A stretch of 62,606 bases of DNA, filler included, from 9 parts of 9 records of this genome joined end to end with filler, not necessarily neighbours in it; one strand, 5' to 3'; shown: positions 9,711 through 19,769, counted from the whole stretch's first letter. Notes: generated from the sequence alone by a model not told the origin. A program made the numbers and translations.

Positions 9711-10950
9711 ATGAGAAACAGGTCGATATCTAACAATATTTTAGCGCGAAATAAATCTCGTTTTGGACGCATTTTGGTTGTTACCGGCGCACGCCAAACG
9801 GGCAAAACAACACTGGTGCGTCAGCTTTTCGAGCGCTATCCTTATTTATCGATTGAAGACCCGGTAAGTGTTGAGCAATACAAAAGTCTGTCGGCTGCAC
9901 AATGGCAAGCCAGTTATCCGAATGCTCTTTTAGACGAAATTCAGAAAGAACCGCAGCTTATTGAAAGTATAAAATCGGTGTACGACCAATACTCCGAGCC
10001 CCGTTATATTTTGCTGGGCTCGTCGCAAATAATGTTGCTGAAAAAAATACGCGAATCACTGGCCGGTCGATGCCAGATAATTGAAATGTTTCCGCTTACT
10101 CTCCCCGAATTACTAACCAGCGGCTGGGATAATGATGTTCAATTGTCGTGGTTTCAAAAGTTACTTTTAAAAAAGGACGTTGACGATCTTCCATTTTTGC
10201 TTGATACGCAACACGCCCAAAAGCAAAATGCGTTCAACCATTTCGTGAAATTTGGTGGCTATCCGGCAATTTCAGATTACAACCTTACAGACGATGAAAG
10301 ATACGATTGGCTGAACAATTACGTTCGAACGTACCTTAACGCGACATACGCGATTTGGCCGAGCTGCGAAATCTTGAACCGTTTACCAAGGCACAACGTT
10401 TAATAGCCATTAACACCGGGCAACTTACCAATAACTCGCAAATTGCAGTAGAAGCAGGGGTTACATCAAAAACGGTACAGCGCTTTGTTGAGTATATGAG
10501 TATCAGCTACCAAACACTGGTTCTGCAGCCCTGGAGCAGAAACTCGAAAAAACGCCTGGTTAAGTCGCCGAAAGTACATTTTGCTGACCCGGGAATTTTA
10601 CGTGCAATCTTGCAAAAAGGGGAGAGCTAAATGGTCACCAGTTTGAAAGTGCAATTGTTGCCGAAATTTATAAGCAACTAAAAACAGCCGATATTCCTGC
10701 GCAGGTTTATCATTTGCGTACTTCCGATGGTAGAGAAGTTGATCTGCTAATTGAAACCGAAGCTGGCTACATTGCTATTGAAATAAAACAAAGTTCGGCA
10801 GTGCGTTCGGTAGATGCCCGACATTTACGAAAACTAGATGATATTTTGGACAAACCGGTTTTGCACAAATTTGTTCTTTCGAACGATACGAATTTAAGAG
10901 ATCTGGAAGTAGGAGTAAAAGCAATTCCTGCTGTTAAATTTTTAACCTAA
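9711..10950 (+). CDS. AAA_14 / DUF4143 ATPase with wHTH and C-terminal PD-(D/E)xK-like domain (two apparent frameshifts near 10340 and 10620)
   Basis: GARQTGKT Walker A, LLDEIQ Walker B, LLGSS, ESLAGR, GGYP, KRLVKSPKVHFADPG, GREVDLLI...AIEIK spread over ORFs 9711-10403, 10355-10630 and 10714-10950. Confidence 0.85.
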
Positions 10951-11111
10951 AATGAATCTAATAATAAAAAAGACACTTTTGGGTTTGTGGATTTTTACAG
11001 TTGGGCTCGGCCAACATTTTGGAGTGGATATAATGAATTGCTTATAAAATAATAGTTTTAAAAATTTTTCATAGTTTTGCAACATTGTTAAATTTTTTAA
11101 TAACTAGCATT

Positions 11112-12392
11112 ATGAATAAACTAATCGTATGGGTAATCCTCGTTTTATCAGTTTGTGGTTGCCAGTCTAAATACTCCGGAATTCCTGAAACTTATCACTC
11201 TCAACTTGATTTGGCTTTGGCAAAGGCTGGAGATAATGTAGTTGAATTACAAAAAGCTCTCGAAGAAACTCCTGCAGAGCAAAAAGAAGGCATGGCCTTT
11301 CTTATTAGCTATATGCCGGAGCGCGACTTAACAAGCTTAAAAGCTAACTTCCTGTTGGAGAATGTTGAGTTTGCCTACAAAGCCCGCGAAAAATACGCAT
11401 GGTGTGCAGCCCTTCCCGATTCAATATTTTTTAACGAGGTATTGCCGTATGCAAATATTTCGGAAGAACGCGATGCCTGGCGAAAAGACTTTTACGAGCG
11501 TTTTGCAAAGTATGCCGAGGAGAAAGAGACAATAGTTGAAGCCATTATGGAAATTGCCCGAAATATAAAAAACGAGGTTGATGTAGAATACAACACGAAA
11601 CGTTCGCGGGTAGATATTAGCCCTTTCCAGGCAATGAAAGAACACATGGCAACTTGTACCGGATTGTCGATTTTATTAACCGATGCTTACCGTTCGGTTG
11701 GAATTCCATCGCGTTTGGCCGGAACTGCAATGTGGACTAATTTTAAAGGAAACCACACCTGGAGCGAAGTTTTAGTAGACGAAGAATGGCACTTTATAGA
11801 ATATTACCCCGACACTTTAGATAAATCGTGGTTTGTGGCCGACGCCGGAAAAGCCGACCCGGATAATATGCTGCACTGGATTTACGCCGCTTCGTATAAA
11901 CCAACCGAAATGCCTTATTATGCGGCTCCCGACGGAAGTATTATGAAAGTTGTTGATGTAAAAAAATTGCCTGAGAAGATTCGTCCACGTTTTCAGAAAA
12001 GGAAAGGAAACCAGAAGGAAACTGAAGTGCTTGCATGGGGACATAATGTTACACAACGCTACATTGACATTTACAAAGAAGCAATTAAGAATAGCCAACT
12101 TGCTGAAGATGAATTGATGGCTAATGTTGTTGTTTTTGCCAATGCCAATACTTCGGTGAGCGAATCGAGATTAAGTTGTCGGGTTAATGTTTTTCAAGGT
12201 GAAAAGAACATCAACTTTGGCTACTCGCCTCGCCAAACCGACGACATGAACCAATTTCTACAGTTTAAACTGAAAAAGAATTCGGAATATAAATTACGGG
12301 TTACCAATCCTGAAAAAAATATTAGTAAGGAATTTGCCATCACAACCGAAACCGGCGAGTCACAAGATGTGCAGCTGGTTCTATCTAACTAA
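11112..12392 (+). CDS. Transglutaminase-like domain lipoprotein
   Basis: Lipobox-like SVCGC; ATCTGLS (Cys), GNHTWSEV (His), WHFIE; TAGTTTTG -7 box at 11072. Confidence 0.8.
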   Translation: MNKLIVWVILVLSVCGCQSKYSGIPETYHSQLDLALAKAGDNVVELQKALEETPAEQKEGMAFLISYMPERDLTSLKANFLLENVEFAYKAREKYAWCAALPDSIFFNEVLPYANISEERDAWRKDFYERFAKYAEEKETIVEAIMEIARNIKNEVDVEYNTKRSRVDISPFQAMKEHMATCTGLSILLTDAYRSVGIPSRLAGTAMWTNFKGNHTWSEVLVDEEWHFIEYYPDTLDKSWFVADAGKADPDNMLHWIYAASYKPTEMPYYAAPDGSIMKVVDVKKLPEKIRPRFQKRKGNQKETEVLAWGHNVTQRYIDIYKEAIKNSQLAEDELMANVVVFANANTSVSESRLSCRVNVFQGEKNINFGYSPRQTDDMNQFLQFKLKKNSEYKLRVTNPEKNISKEFAITTETGESQDVQLVLSN

Positions 12393-12407
12393 TTCTAAAA
12401 AATAACT

Positions 12408-12761
12408 ATGCGAAAGATTATTTTTTTATTGGCCATAATTATGGCTGCAAACACTGTAATTGCCCAAAACACAAATGTAAAAACGCACGATAAACTTCTG
12501 ATTAACACCGATCCTTCGAAAGGAGTAAAAAGCTTTAAACAATGGGGCGTTTTTCCTTCCGAAGATAAATCGGTACGACGGATTGTTATGAACCTGACAC
12601 TCGCGTATCCCGAAGACCGCGCAATTGCGCACTGGGATTACATGGACCGTGTTAAAATTTTGCGCAAAGGAGGTGTCAACGGCAAAAACATCAATTTCGA
12701 AATTGGCCGGATGCTGACACCTTACGGAAGTAATTTTAAACAAGGCTGGAGCTACACCTGG
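12408..12761 (+). CDS. Peptide-N-glycosidase F-related exported protein (partial)
   Basis: Signal peptide; WDY and FEIGRMLTPYG motifs like PNGase F; truncated by contig end. Confidence 0.65.
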
Positions 12762-12861
12762 NNNNNNNNNNNNNNNNNNNNNNNNNNNNNNNNNNNNNNN
12801 NNNNNTTAATTAATTAANNNNNNNNNNNNNNNNNNNNNNNNNNNNNNNNNNNNNNNNNNNN
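12762..12861. other. Artificial contig spacer
   Basis: N run plus TTAATTAATTAA. Confidence 0.99.
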
Positions 12862-13013
12862 AAACAACAAAATATAAATAAACAGTAAACGATTTAGCAA
12901 TGCTTATGTTTGGTAACATTGTTACATAAATAACTGGAAGTATTATGTATTGTTTTGATAAAGGAAATAGTTTGAAGAAAAATAGATATTATATAAATTA
13001 GGAGGCAATAATA

Positions 13014-14348
13014 ATGTTAGATACAGCTAGTTTGGTTGATAATATAAGTTTTATACTGGTGTTCGCAGCAGGTTTAACTTCGTTTTTTTCGCCATGTGTT
13101 TTACCGCTTTTACCAGTATATTTAGGATACTTATCAGGCAGTGATAAAGAAGGGGAATATAACACAAAAAAAGTATTAATAAATACAATAGCTTTTGTGC
13201 TCGGTATATCAGTAACCTTTTTCTTATTGGGTCTAGCTTTTACCAATATAGCAAAGTTTTTATCGGACAACAGAAGCATCATAACAAAGGTTTCTGGTAT
13301 TATCGTTATAATATTTGGTCTTGTACAGATAGACTTTATTGAATTTAAGATATTTAACAGAGAAAAAAGATTTAATACTAAGTTTAAAAAAGAGAAAATG
13401 AATCCTATAATGGCATTTTTGATGGGGCTTGCTTTTTCGTTTGCTTGGACACCGTGCGTAGGACCAATGCTTTCGTCGGTATTGCTGTTGGCTTCAAGCG
13501 CGCAAAGTGCAGTACTTGGTAATGTTTTGGTTTTGGTATACACACTTGGTTTCGTAATTCCATTCTTGCTTGCAGGAATATTTACAGCTAAACTCTTGAA
13601 TCTATTTAATAAAAAACAAAATATCGTAAAATATGCAAAGATTATCGGCGGTGTTATTTTGATAATAATGGGTATTATGATGTTTACAGGATGGCTTAAT
13701 ACTTTTAGCGGATATCTTAGTACGCCTGAAAGCATAAGTGAAAGCTCTGATAGTGCATATGAGCAAGTTGTGGAAGAAGAAGCGGATGAAACTGAAGCTA
13801 GCAAACAAGTAGAAGAGGAAGTAAATGAGGAACCGAATCAGGAAACTGAAGCTACACAGGAAAATGAAGATACTAATGCTGGAGATGAGCAAGAAGAAGA
13901 AATAGATTTACCTGCTATCGTTGATTTTACACTAACAGATCAAAATGGAAATCAGCATACGTTATCAGATTATAAGGGTAAAGTTGTATTTTTGAATTTT
14001 TGGGCAACAGGATGTCCTCCTTGTCAAAAGGAGATTCCACATATTGTTGATTTATATGAGGAAAACGAAAACGAGAATGTAGTTATTCTTACTGTAGTTA
14101 ATCCTAATGGATTTTTAGAAAGTGACAAAGACTATATTAAGTCATTTATTCAACAAAATAATATAACATTCCCAGTGTTATTTGATGAGACTGGCGAAGT
14201 TGTTCAGGACTATGGAATATCATCTATTCCAACAACGTTTATGATTACGGCAAACAGTGAAGTGTTTGGTTATGTTGGTGGTCAATTGGATAGGGCGGTT
14301 ATGGATAATATTATTGCACAGACACTTGAACAAAGTGGGTTAGAATAA
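13014..14348 (+). CDS. CcdA (DsbD TM domain)-TlpA redoxin fusion
   Basis: SFFSPCVLPL and WTPCVGP Cys motifs, six TM helices, acidic linker, LNFWATGCPPC thioredoxin fold; RBS aggagg. Confidence 0.9.
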   Translation: MLDTASLVDNISFILVFAAGLTSFFSPCVLPLLPVYLGYLSGSDKEGEYNTKKVLINTIAFVLGISVTFFLLGLAFTNIAKFLSDNRSIITKVSGIIVIIFGLVQIDFIEFKIFNREKRFNTKFKKEKMNPIMAFLMGLAFSFAWTPCVGPMLSSVLLLASSAQSAVLGNVLVLVYTLGFVIPFLLAGIFTAKLLNLFNKKQNIVKYAKIIGGVILIIMGIMMFTGWLNTFSGYLSTPESISESSDSAYEQVVEEEADETEASKQVEEEVNEEPNQETEATQENEDTNAGDEQEEEIDLPAIVDFTLTDQNGNQHTLSDYKGKVVFLNFWATGCPPCQKEIPHIVDLYEENENENVVILTVVNPNGFLESDKDYIKSFIQQNNITFPVLFDETGEVVQDYGISSIPTTFMITANSEVFGYVGGQLDRAVMDNIIAQTLEQSGLE

Positions 14349-14394
14349 CAAAATTAGATGTTATAACTTGAAAAAGACTTACTGACACATCTAA

Positions 14395-14441
14395 AAAACT
14401 GCGCCTTAAAAAGTTTGTTTAACTTTTTGGGGCGCAGTTTT
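14395..14441. terminator. Bidirectional hairpin between convergent ccdA and typA, resembling abutted IS3/IS150-type ends
   Basis: 21-bp stem aaaactgcgccttaaaaagtt/aactttttggggcgcagtttt with 5-nt loop and flanking A/T tracts. Confidence 0.7.
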
Positions 14442-14486
14442 ATATTTATTCTTCTTTATAGTATGCCTTAAAAATAATATTTTCTA

Positions 14487-16328
14487 TTATTCATTTTCCA
14501 TCATAACTTTACGTTTAGATATCTCGCGTTGACGCATCTCTGTATTTAATGTTACTTTTCTTAGGCGAAGTTCTAGTGGTGTAACTTCCAAATATTCGTC
14601 GTCGTTTATAAACATCAAAGATTCTTCTAAAGACATAACAACAGGTGGAGCAAGCATGACATTATCGTCTTTACCAGAAGATCTAGTATTAGTAAGCTTC
14701 TTTGTTTTACAAACATTTAGTGTAATATCCTCTGGTCTTGAAGAAAGCCCAATAACCATTCCACAATACACCCTTTGAGCTGGTGATATAAACAGCTGTC
14801 CTCTTTTTTGTGCAGTGTTCATTGAATATGGAACAGCGGTTCCTTGCTCTGTAGCAACTAAAACTCCTGCATGACGGCTTGTTATATGACCACAGAAAGG
14901 CTTATACCCCTCAAAACTAGTGTTCATAATGCCTTCACCACGTGTGTCTGTCATAAGGTTTCCTCTAAACCCAAAAAGCCCTCTTGAAGGAATTAAATAT
15001 TCAAGCTTTGTTCTTCCGTCCTTTGCCTGCATATCTAAAAGCTCGCCTTTACGTTTGTTTATCTCATCCATAACGTTTCCTATGTATTCATCAGGCACGT
15101 TTAAGAAAAGTTTTTCAAATGGTTCTTCTTTTACGCCGTCATTATCATGCAAAATAACTTGTGGTCTGCTTACCATAAACTCGTATCCTTCGCGACGCAT
15201 TGTTTCAACTAATATTGAAAGATGCAGCTCACCTCTTCCGCAAACCCTAAACGAATCTGCGTTGTTTCCTTTTTCAATGCGTAAAGCCACATCGGATTGA
15301 ACTTCTCTTTCAAGCCTTGACCATATTTGCCTTGATGTTACAAACTCTCCATCTTGTCCTGCAAAAGGAGAATTGTTTACAAGAAAAGTCATAGCAACTG
15401 TTGGCTCCGAAACCTCTATTACTGGCAAGGGTTCAACTTGTCCGAAAGTGCAGATAGTATCCCCAATTTCGATACCACTGATACCAGAAACTGCAATAAT
15501 ATCTCCAACCTTTGCCGATTCAACATTTGTTCTTGTAAGACCGTCAAACATCATAATACTTGTAACTTTAGTAATCTGTCCTGTGCCGTCTGGTTTATCA
15601 GGAGTTCCTATATCGACGTTATCACCAATGCTTATTTTACCGCGGATAACTTTTCCAATACCAATTCTACCAACATATTCGTTATAATCGATAGTAGAGA
15701 TCTGCATTTGCAGTGGCTCGTCTACTTCACCTTTAGGGCAAGGGATATGGCTTAAGACCATATCATTTAGTGGAGAAAGACATTCGCCGATTTCTGGAGT
15801 CAAGCCAGACTTTCCATCTCTTCCTGAAGCAAATACGATAGGTGAATCAAGCTGCTCATCAGATGCTCCTAGTTCCATCAATAAAAGTTGTGTTTCTTCC
15901 ATTGCATGCTCTGGGTTAGCATCAGGCTTATCGATTTTATTGACTACAATAATAAGCGGCAAATTCATCTTTAGTGCATTTTCTAAAACAAACCTTGTTT
16001 GCGGCATTGGACCTTCTGCAGCATCAACCAAAACCAAAACACCATCAACCATAGATAAAATACGTTCGACCTCGCCGCTAAAGTCAGCATGGCCAGGTGT
16101 ATCTACTATGTTTATTCTTGTGTCCTTCCAGGTGATAGATGTATTTTTGGAAAGGATAGTGATACCTCTTTCCTTTTCAAGATCGTTATTATCCATAGCT
16201 CTTTCATCAACGCTTTGGTTTTCACGATACAGCCCACTTTGTTTAAACATTGAATCAACTAATGTTGTTTTTCCGTGGTCAACATGAGCTATTATTGCTA
16301 TGTTTCTTAAATCAGTTCTTTGTTCCAT
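14487..16328 (-). CDS. typA: Translational GTPase TypA/BipA
   Basis: RNIAIIAHVDHGKTTLVD, ERGITI, DTPGHADF, GRGELHL, and TypA C-terminal KKLTN. Confidence 0.97.
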   Translation of the reverse strand: MEQRTDLRNIAIIAHVDHGKTTLVDSMFKQSGLYRENQSVDERAMDNNDLEKERGITILSKNTSITWKDTRINIVDTPGHADFSGEVERILSMVDGVLVLVDAAEGPMPQTRFVLENALKMNLPLIIVVNKIDKPDANPEHAMEETQLLLMELGASDEQLDSPIVFASGRDGKSGLTPEIGECLSPLNDMVLSHIPCPKGEVDEPLQMQISTIDYNEYVGRIGIGKVIRGKISIGDNVDIGTPDKPDGTGQITKVTSIMMFDGLTRTNVESAKVGDIIAVSGISGIEIGDTICTFGQVEPLPVIEVSEPTVAMTFLVNNSPFAGQDGEFVTSRQIWSRLEREVQSDVALRIEKGNNADSFRVCGRGELHLSILVETMRREGYEFMVSRPQVILHDNDGVKEEPFEKLFLNVPDEYIGNVMDEINKRKGELLDMQAKDGRTKLEYLIPSRGLFGFRGNLMTDTRGEGIMNTSFEGYKPFCGHITSRHAGVLVATEQGTAVPYSMNTAQKRGQLFISPAQRVYCGMVIGLSSRPEDITLNVCKTKKLTNTRSSGKDDNVMLAPPVVMSLEESLMFINDDEYLEVTPLELRLRKVTLNTEMRQREISKRKVMMENE

Positions 16329-16738
16329 TTATATATATTCCTTTAAAAAATTATTTTTCAATTAGTATTAAAACTGTGATCCGTACAATGAATCTTATGC
16401 TTATGCACAACTGATTAAAAATAACATATATATCGTGGTTTGTCATCTTATTTTTATTAAATATACTAGTGTTGATTATAAATTAACACTATGTTAGCAT
16501 TTTAAACCAAATTTGCAGAATAAAAGAGCATATACTGATTTTACTTACCCTGTATAGCGTGTTTTGTAACAAACAGTAAACATAATGTATAAAGTATTGT
16601 GTTTTTGGATATCTTTTTTTATAATTGGTAAGCAGTCAGTTTTTGATTATATGGCTTTGATTAGCATAATAGTTTTATATAATCGTATATTGGATTAAAT
16701 AAGTATAATCATATATAATTGATTGAAAAGAGAATTGC

Positions 16739-17608
16739 GTGAAAGTTAGCAGGACAATTATGATTGGTATTATAGCCTTAATTTTTATTATTGCATTGTA
16801 TAGCGGGCTTGTTGTTAGAAGATATAATGTAAATACTGAAAAAATTGAAAAGAACAACAGTATAGATATAGTTTTGATAGCGGATTTACATAGTTTCCGT
16901 TTTGGAAAGCAGCAGAGCAGGATAATTAGTAAAATACAAAAACAGCAGCCAGATTTGATTTTACTTGCAGGTGATATTATTGATGATAGAAGACCTTTGG
17001 ATGATGGCATTATATTTATGCAAAGAGTAAGTAAGGTTGCTCCAACATATTATGTTACGGGGAATCATGAATTTTGGATAGAAGACTTTGAGTCAGTTCG
17101 AAAAATGATCGATAAAACGGATGTAGTAACGCTTGATTGTAATATGCAGAGTATTGTTATCAAAGATTTTGAAATAGATATTTATGGAATACAAGATGCG
17201 ACCTTTGTTGAAAAAAATCCTGTAAAAAAAGAAAGAAGTGCAAAGTTTAATCATGAAGAGTGGAAAAATAAGCTTTCTTTATTGTCAAAGGACATTGATT
17301 TAAAAAAATACAATATTCTGCTGTCTCATAAACCAAATTATATAGGTGAGTTTAAGAAATATGATTTTGATCTAATAGTATCGGGTCATGCTCATGGTGG
17401 TCAGGTGAGGATACCTTACATTTTAAACGGATTATTTGCACCAAATCAAGGGTTTTTTCCAAAACATGCGGGTGGTGTATATAGATACAACAATACTACG
17501 CATATAATAAGTAGAGGGGCTAGTTTGGATATTTTACTTCCGAGAATATTTAATCCTCCAGAAATTGTTACAATAAAGCTAAAAAAGTCTCAAAGCGAAA
17601 GTGATTGA
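16739..17608 (+). CDS. Metallophosphoesterase (YkuE-like)
   Basis: ADLH, GDIID, GNHE, LSHKP, GHAHGGQ motifs. Confidence 0.9.
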   Translation: MKVSRTIMIGIIALIFIIALYSGLVVRRYNVNTEKIEKNNSIDIVLIADLHSFRFGKQQSRIISKIQKQQPDLILLAGDIIDDRRPLDDGIIFMQRVSKVAPTYYVTGNHEFWIEDFESVRKMIDKTDVVTLDCNMQSIVIKDFEIDIYGIQDATFVEKNPVKKERSAKFNHEEWKNKLSLLSKDIDLKKYNILLSHKPNYIGEFKKYDFDLIVSGHAHGGQVRIPYILNGLFAPNQGFFPKHAGGVYRYNNTTHIISRGASLDILLPRIFNPPEIVTIKLKKSQSESD

Positions 17609-17654
17609 TTTGTGGTGACTAGGATTAGAATTTAAAAGAATTTTTTATAAAACA

Positions 17655-17833
17655 AAACCCGCTGGTGCCGTCAACTTCGTTTTTAATAACCCGCATGAAA
17701 GCAGGTGGGTGCAACGCCTATATCCGCAGCCGTCCACTAAAAAAAACGAGGCCTGACATTGTATATGAGGACATTATCTCCCGTAGTTGATATGTGAGTT
17801 TAAAAATAAAGAAAAACGCACACCGCAGGAAAA
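17655..17833 (-). ncRNA. ssrS: 6S RNA
   Basis: Minus strand CCTGCGGTGTGCGT...GGGAG...CACCCACCTGC..GCGGGTT...GACGGCACCAGCGGG; the ends pair; hallmark Firmicutes 6S motifs; about 180 nt. Confidence 0.85.
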
Positions 17834-17863
17834 TTTAAATATTATTTATTTGTTTGTATTTAG

Positions 17864-17872
17864 ATTATACCA
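17864..17872 (-). promoter_or_regulatory. Extended -10 sigmaA promoter (TGGTATAAT) for 6S RNA
   Basis: Plus-strand attatacca = TGnTATAAT on minus, about 30 nt upstream of the 6S stem. Confidence 0.6.
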
Positions 17873-18013
17873 AAAAAATTATTTTTGTTAAGTGTATTTT
17901 TTGTTAAGTATTTAATAACAATACGTTAATATGTCGAAATATTTGCAAAAAAATAGGTAAAGTGATAATTCATCAGATTTTGTGGGTATATTAAAACAGA
18001 TATCAAATTACAC

Positions 18014-18041
18014 TTGAAAAAAGCCCAAAAAAGTGTATAAT
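18014..18041 (+). promoter_or_regulatory. SigmaA promoter of tRNA-Val
   Basis: TTGAAA-N16-TATAAT ending 20 nt upstream of the tRNA. Confidence 0.7.
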
Positions 18042-18060
18042 AAATCTTATCAATTTATAA

Positions 18061-18106
18061 GGAACTATAGCTCAGATGGTTAGAGTGCTACGTTGACATC
18101 GTAGAG
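18061..18106 (+). tRNA. tRNA-Val(GAC), 5' part, truncated by contig end
   Basis: GGAACTA-TAGCTCAGATGGTTAGAG D arm; anticodon arm CTACG-TT GAC AT-CGTAG. Confidence 0.9.
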
Positions 18107-18206
18107 NNNNNNNNNNNNNNNNNNNNNNNNNNNNNNNNNNNNNNNNNNNNTTAATTAATTAANNNNNNNNNNNNNNNNNNNNNNNNNNNNNNNNNNNNNN
18201 NNNNNN
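18107..18206. other. Artificial contig spacer
   Basis: N run plus TTAATTAATTAA. Confidence 0.99.
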
Positions 18207-18249
18207 TTTCCCATTCAGATGGTGGGGAAGCGAGCGGAGCGGGGATTGA

Positions 18250-18966
18250 TCATTCGCCGAGGTAGGCCTTCACGATCGACTCGTCCTGGCGCAGTGTTTC
18301 CGCGTCGCCGCTGATCACGATCTGGCCGGTTTCCAGCACGTAGCCGCTGTCGGCGAGTTTGAGGGCGACCTTCGCGTTCTGCTCGACCAGCAGGATGGTC
18401 ACCCCCTCTCTGTTCAGCCTCACGATGATCTTCATGATCTCCTGGACCAGGAACGGGGCAAGGCCCATGGAGGGCTCATCGAGAAGCAGGAGTTTCGGGT
18501 TGGTCATCATCGAGCGGCCCATCGCCAGCATCTGCTGCTCGCCGCCGGACAAAAAGGCCGAGTCGCGATGCTTGCGCTCTTCGAGCACCGGAAAGATCTC
18601 GAACACGTGATCCATGCGTTTTTTGCGTTCGTCCTCGTCCTTGAGGGTGAACGAGCCGAGTTCGAGGTTTTCGAGGATGGTCATCCCCTTGAAGATCTTA
18701 CGTCCTTCGGGGACATGGATCAGCCCCATCTCGACGATATCGTGGGCCGGCTTGCGGGTGATGTCCTCGCCGCAGAAGTGGATGGTTCCCGAGGTTGCAC
18801 GGGTGAGCCCGGATATCGTGCGCAGGGTGGTGGACTTACCGGCGCCGTTGGCGCCGAGCAGGGTTACGATCTGCCCCGCCTGCACCGAAAACGAGATGGA
18901 GCGGAGCGCGTGAATCTTGCCGTAGTGGGTTTCGAGATCCTTGATTTCGAGGATGGTTTTGCTCAT
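18250..18966 (-). CDS. livF: Branched-chain amino acid ABC transporter ATPase
   Basis: GANGAGKST, VPEGR, LSGGEQQML, LDEPSMGLAP. Confidence 0.93.
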   Translation of the reverse strand: MSKTILEIKDLETHYGKIHALRSISFSVQAGQIVTLLGANGAGKSTTLRTISGLTRATSGTIHFCGEDITRKPAHDIVEMGLIHVPEGRKIFKGMTILENLELGSFTLKDEDERKKRMDHVFEIFPVLEERKHRDSAFLSGGEQQMLAMGRSMMTNPKLLLLDEPSMGLAPFLVQEIMKIIVRLNREGVTILLVEQNAKVALKLADSGYVLETGQIVISGDAETLRQDESIVKAYLGE

Positions 18967-19745
18967 ACCGCTTCGTCCTCTTCCCTGCCGAGATAGGCCT
19001 CGATGACTTTGGGGTCGTTCTGCACTTCCTCTGCAGTGCCCTGGGCGATCTTGGAACCGTAGTCGATAACGGTGATCTTCTCAGAGACTTTCATAACCAG
19101 CCCCATGTCGTGCTCGATGAGCAGAATGGTGATATGCAGTTCGTCCCGAATCCGCTTGATCAGCTCGATGAGCTGCTGTTTCTCGTCGAAGTTGAGACCG
19201 GCAGCCGGCTCGTCGAGGAGCAGCAGCTTCGGTTTGGTGGCCAGCGCCCGCGCCCACTCCACCCGCCGCTGGTGGCCATAGGAGAGGTTCGACGCGATAC
19301 GGTCCTTTTCTTCGAGGATACCGACGAATTCGAGACAGGAGGAGCAGAACTCCTCGATCTGCGCTTCTTCCCTCCGCTGGGAGCCGGTGCGCAGGACTGC
19401 TCCAATGGCGCCCGCACGGGTGCGACAGTGCATGCCCGACATAACGTTCTCCATCACCGTCATGGACTTGAACAGGCGAAGGTTCTGGAAGGTGCGGGCC
19501 ATCCCGCTGCGGGTAATCTTGAACGGCCGCTTGCGGGTGATCGTGTTTCCGTTGAACCCGATGCGGCCGCCGGTCGGCTTGTAAAACCCCGTAAGACAGT
19601 TGAACACCGAAGTCTTGCCGGCGCCGTTCGGTCCGATCAGACTGGCGATGGAGCCTTCCTCCACGGAAAAGCTCAGGTCGTTGATGACCTGGAGTCCAGC
19701 GAAGCTCAAATTGAGTTTATCGACTTCAAGCAGCGCCATACGCAT
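18963..19745 (-). CDS. livG: Branched-chain amino acid ABC transporter ATPase
   Basis: GPNGAGKT, RTFQN, LSYG, LDEPAAG, IEHDM. Confidence 0.93.
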   Translation of the reverse strand: MRMALLEVDKLNLSFAGLQVINDLSFSVEEGSIASLIGPNGAGKTSVFNCLTGFYKPTGGRIGFNGNTITRKRPFKITRSGMARTFQNLRLFKSMTVMENVMSGMHCRTRAGAIGAVLRTGSQRREEAQIEEFCSSCLEFVGILEEKDRIASNLSYGHQRRVEWARALATKPKLLLLDEPAAGLNFDEKQQLIELIKRIRDELHITILLIEHDMGLVMKVSEKITVIDYGSKIAQGTAEEVQNDPKVIEAYLGREEDEAV

Positions 19746-19769
19746 ATTTCCGGTTCAGATGGTAATCTG

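Noticed and set aside
12998-13804. Long antisense ORFs (for example 12998-13804, 20608-21669, 31660-32547, 55106-56011)
   Set aside because: They lie opposite well-supported genes and have no recognisable motifs; they are codon-bias shadows.
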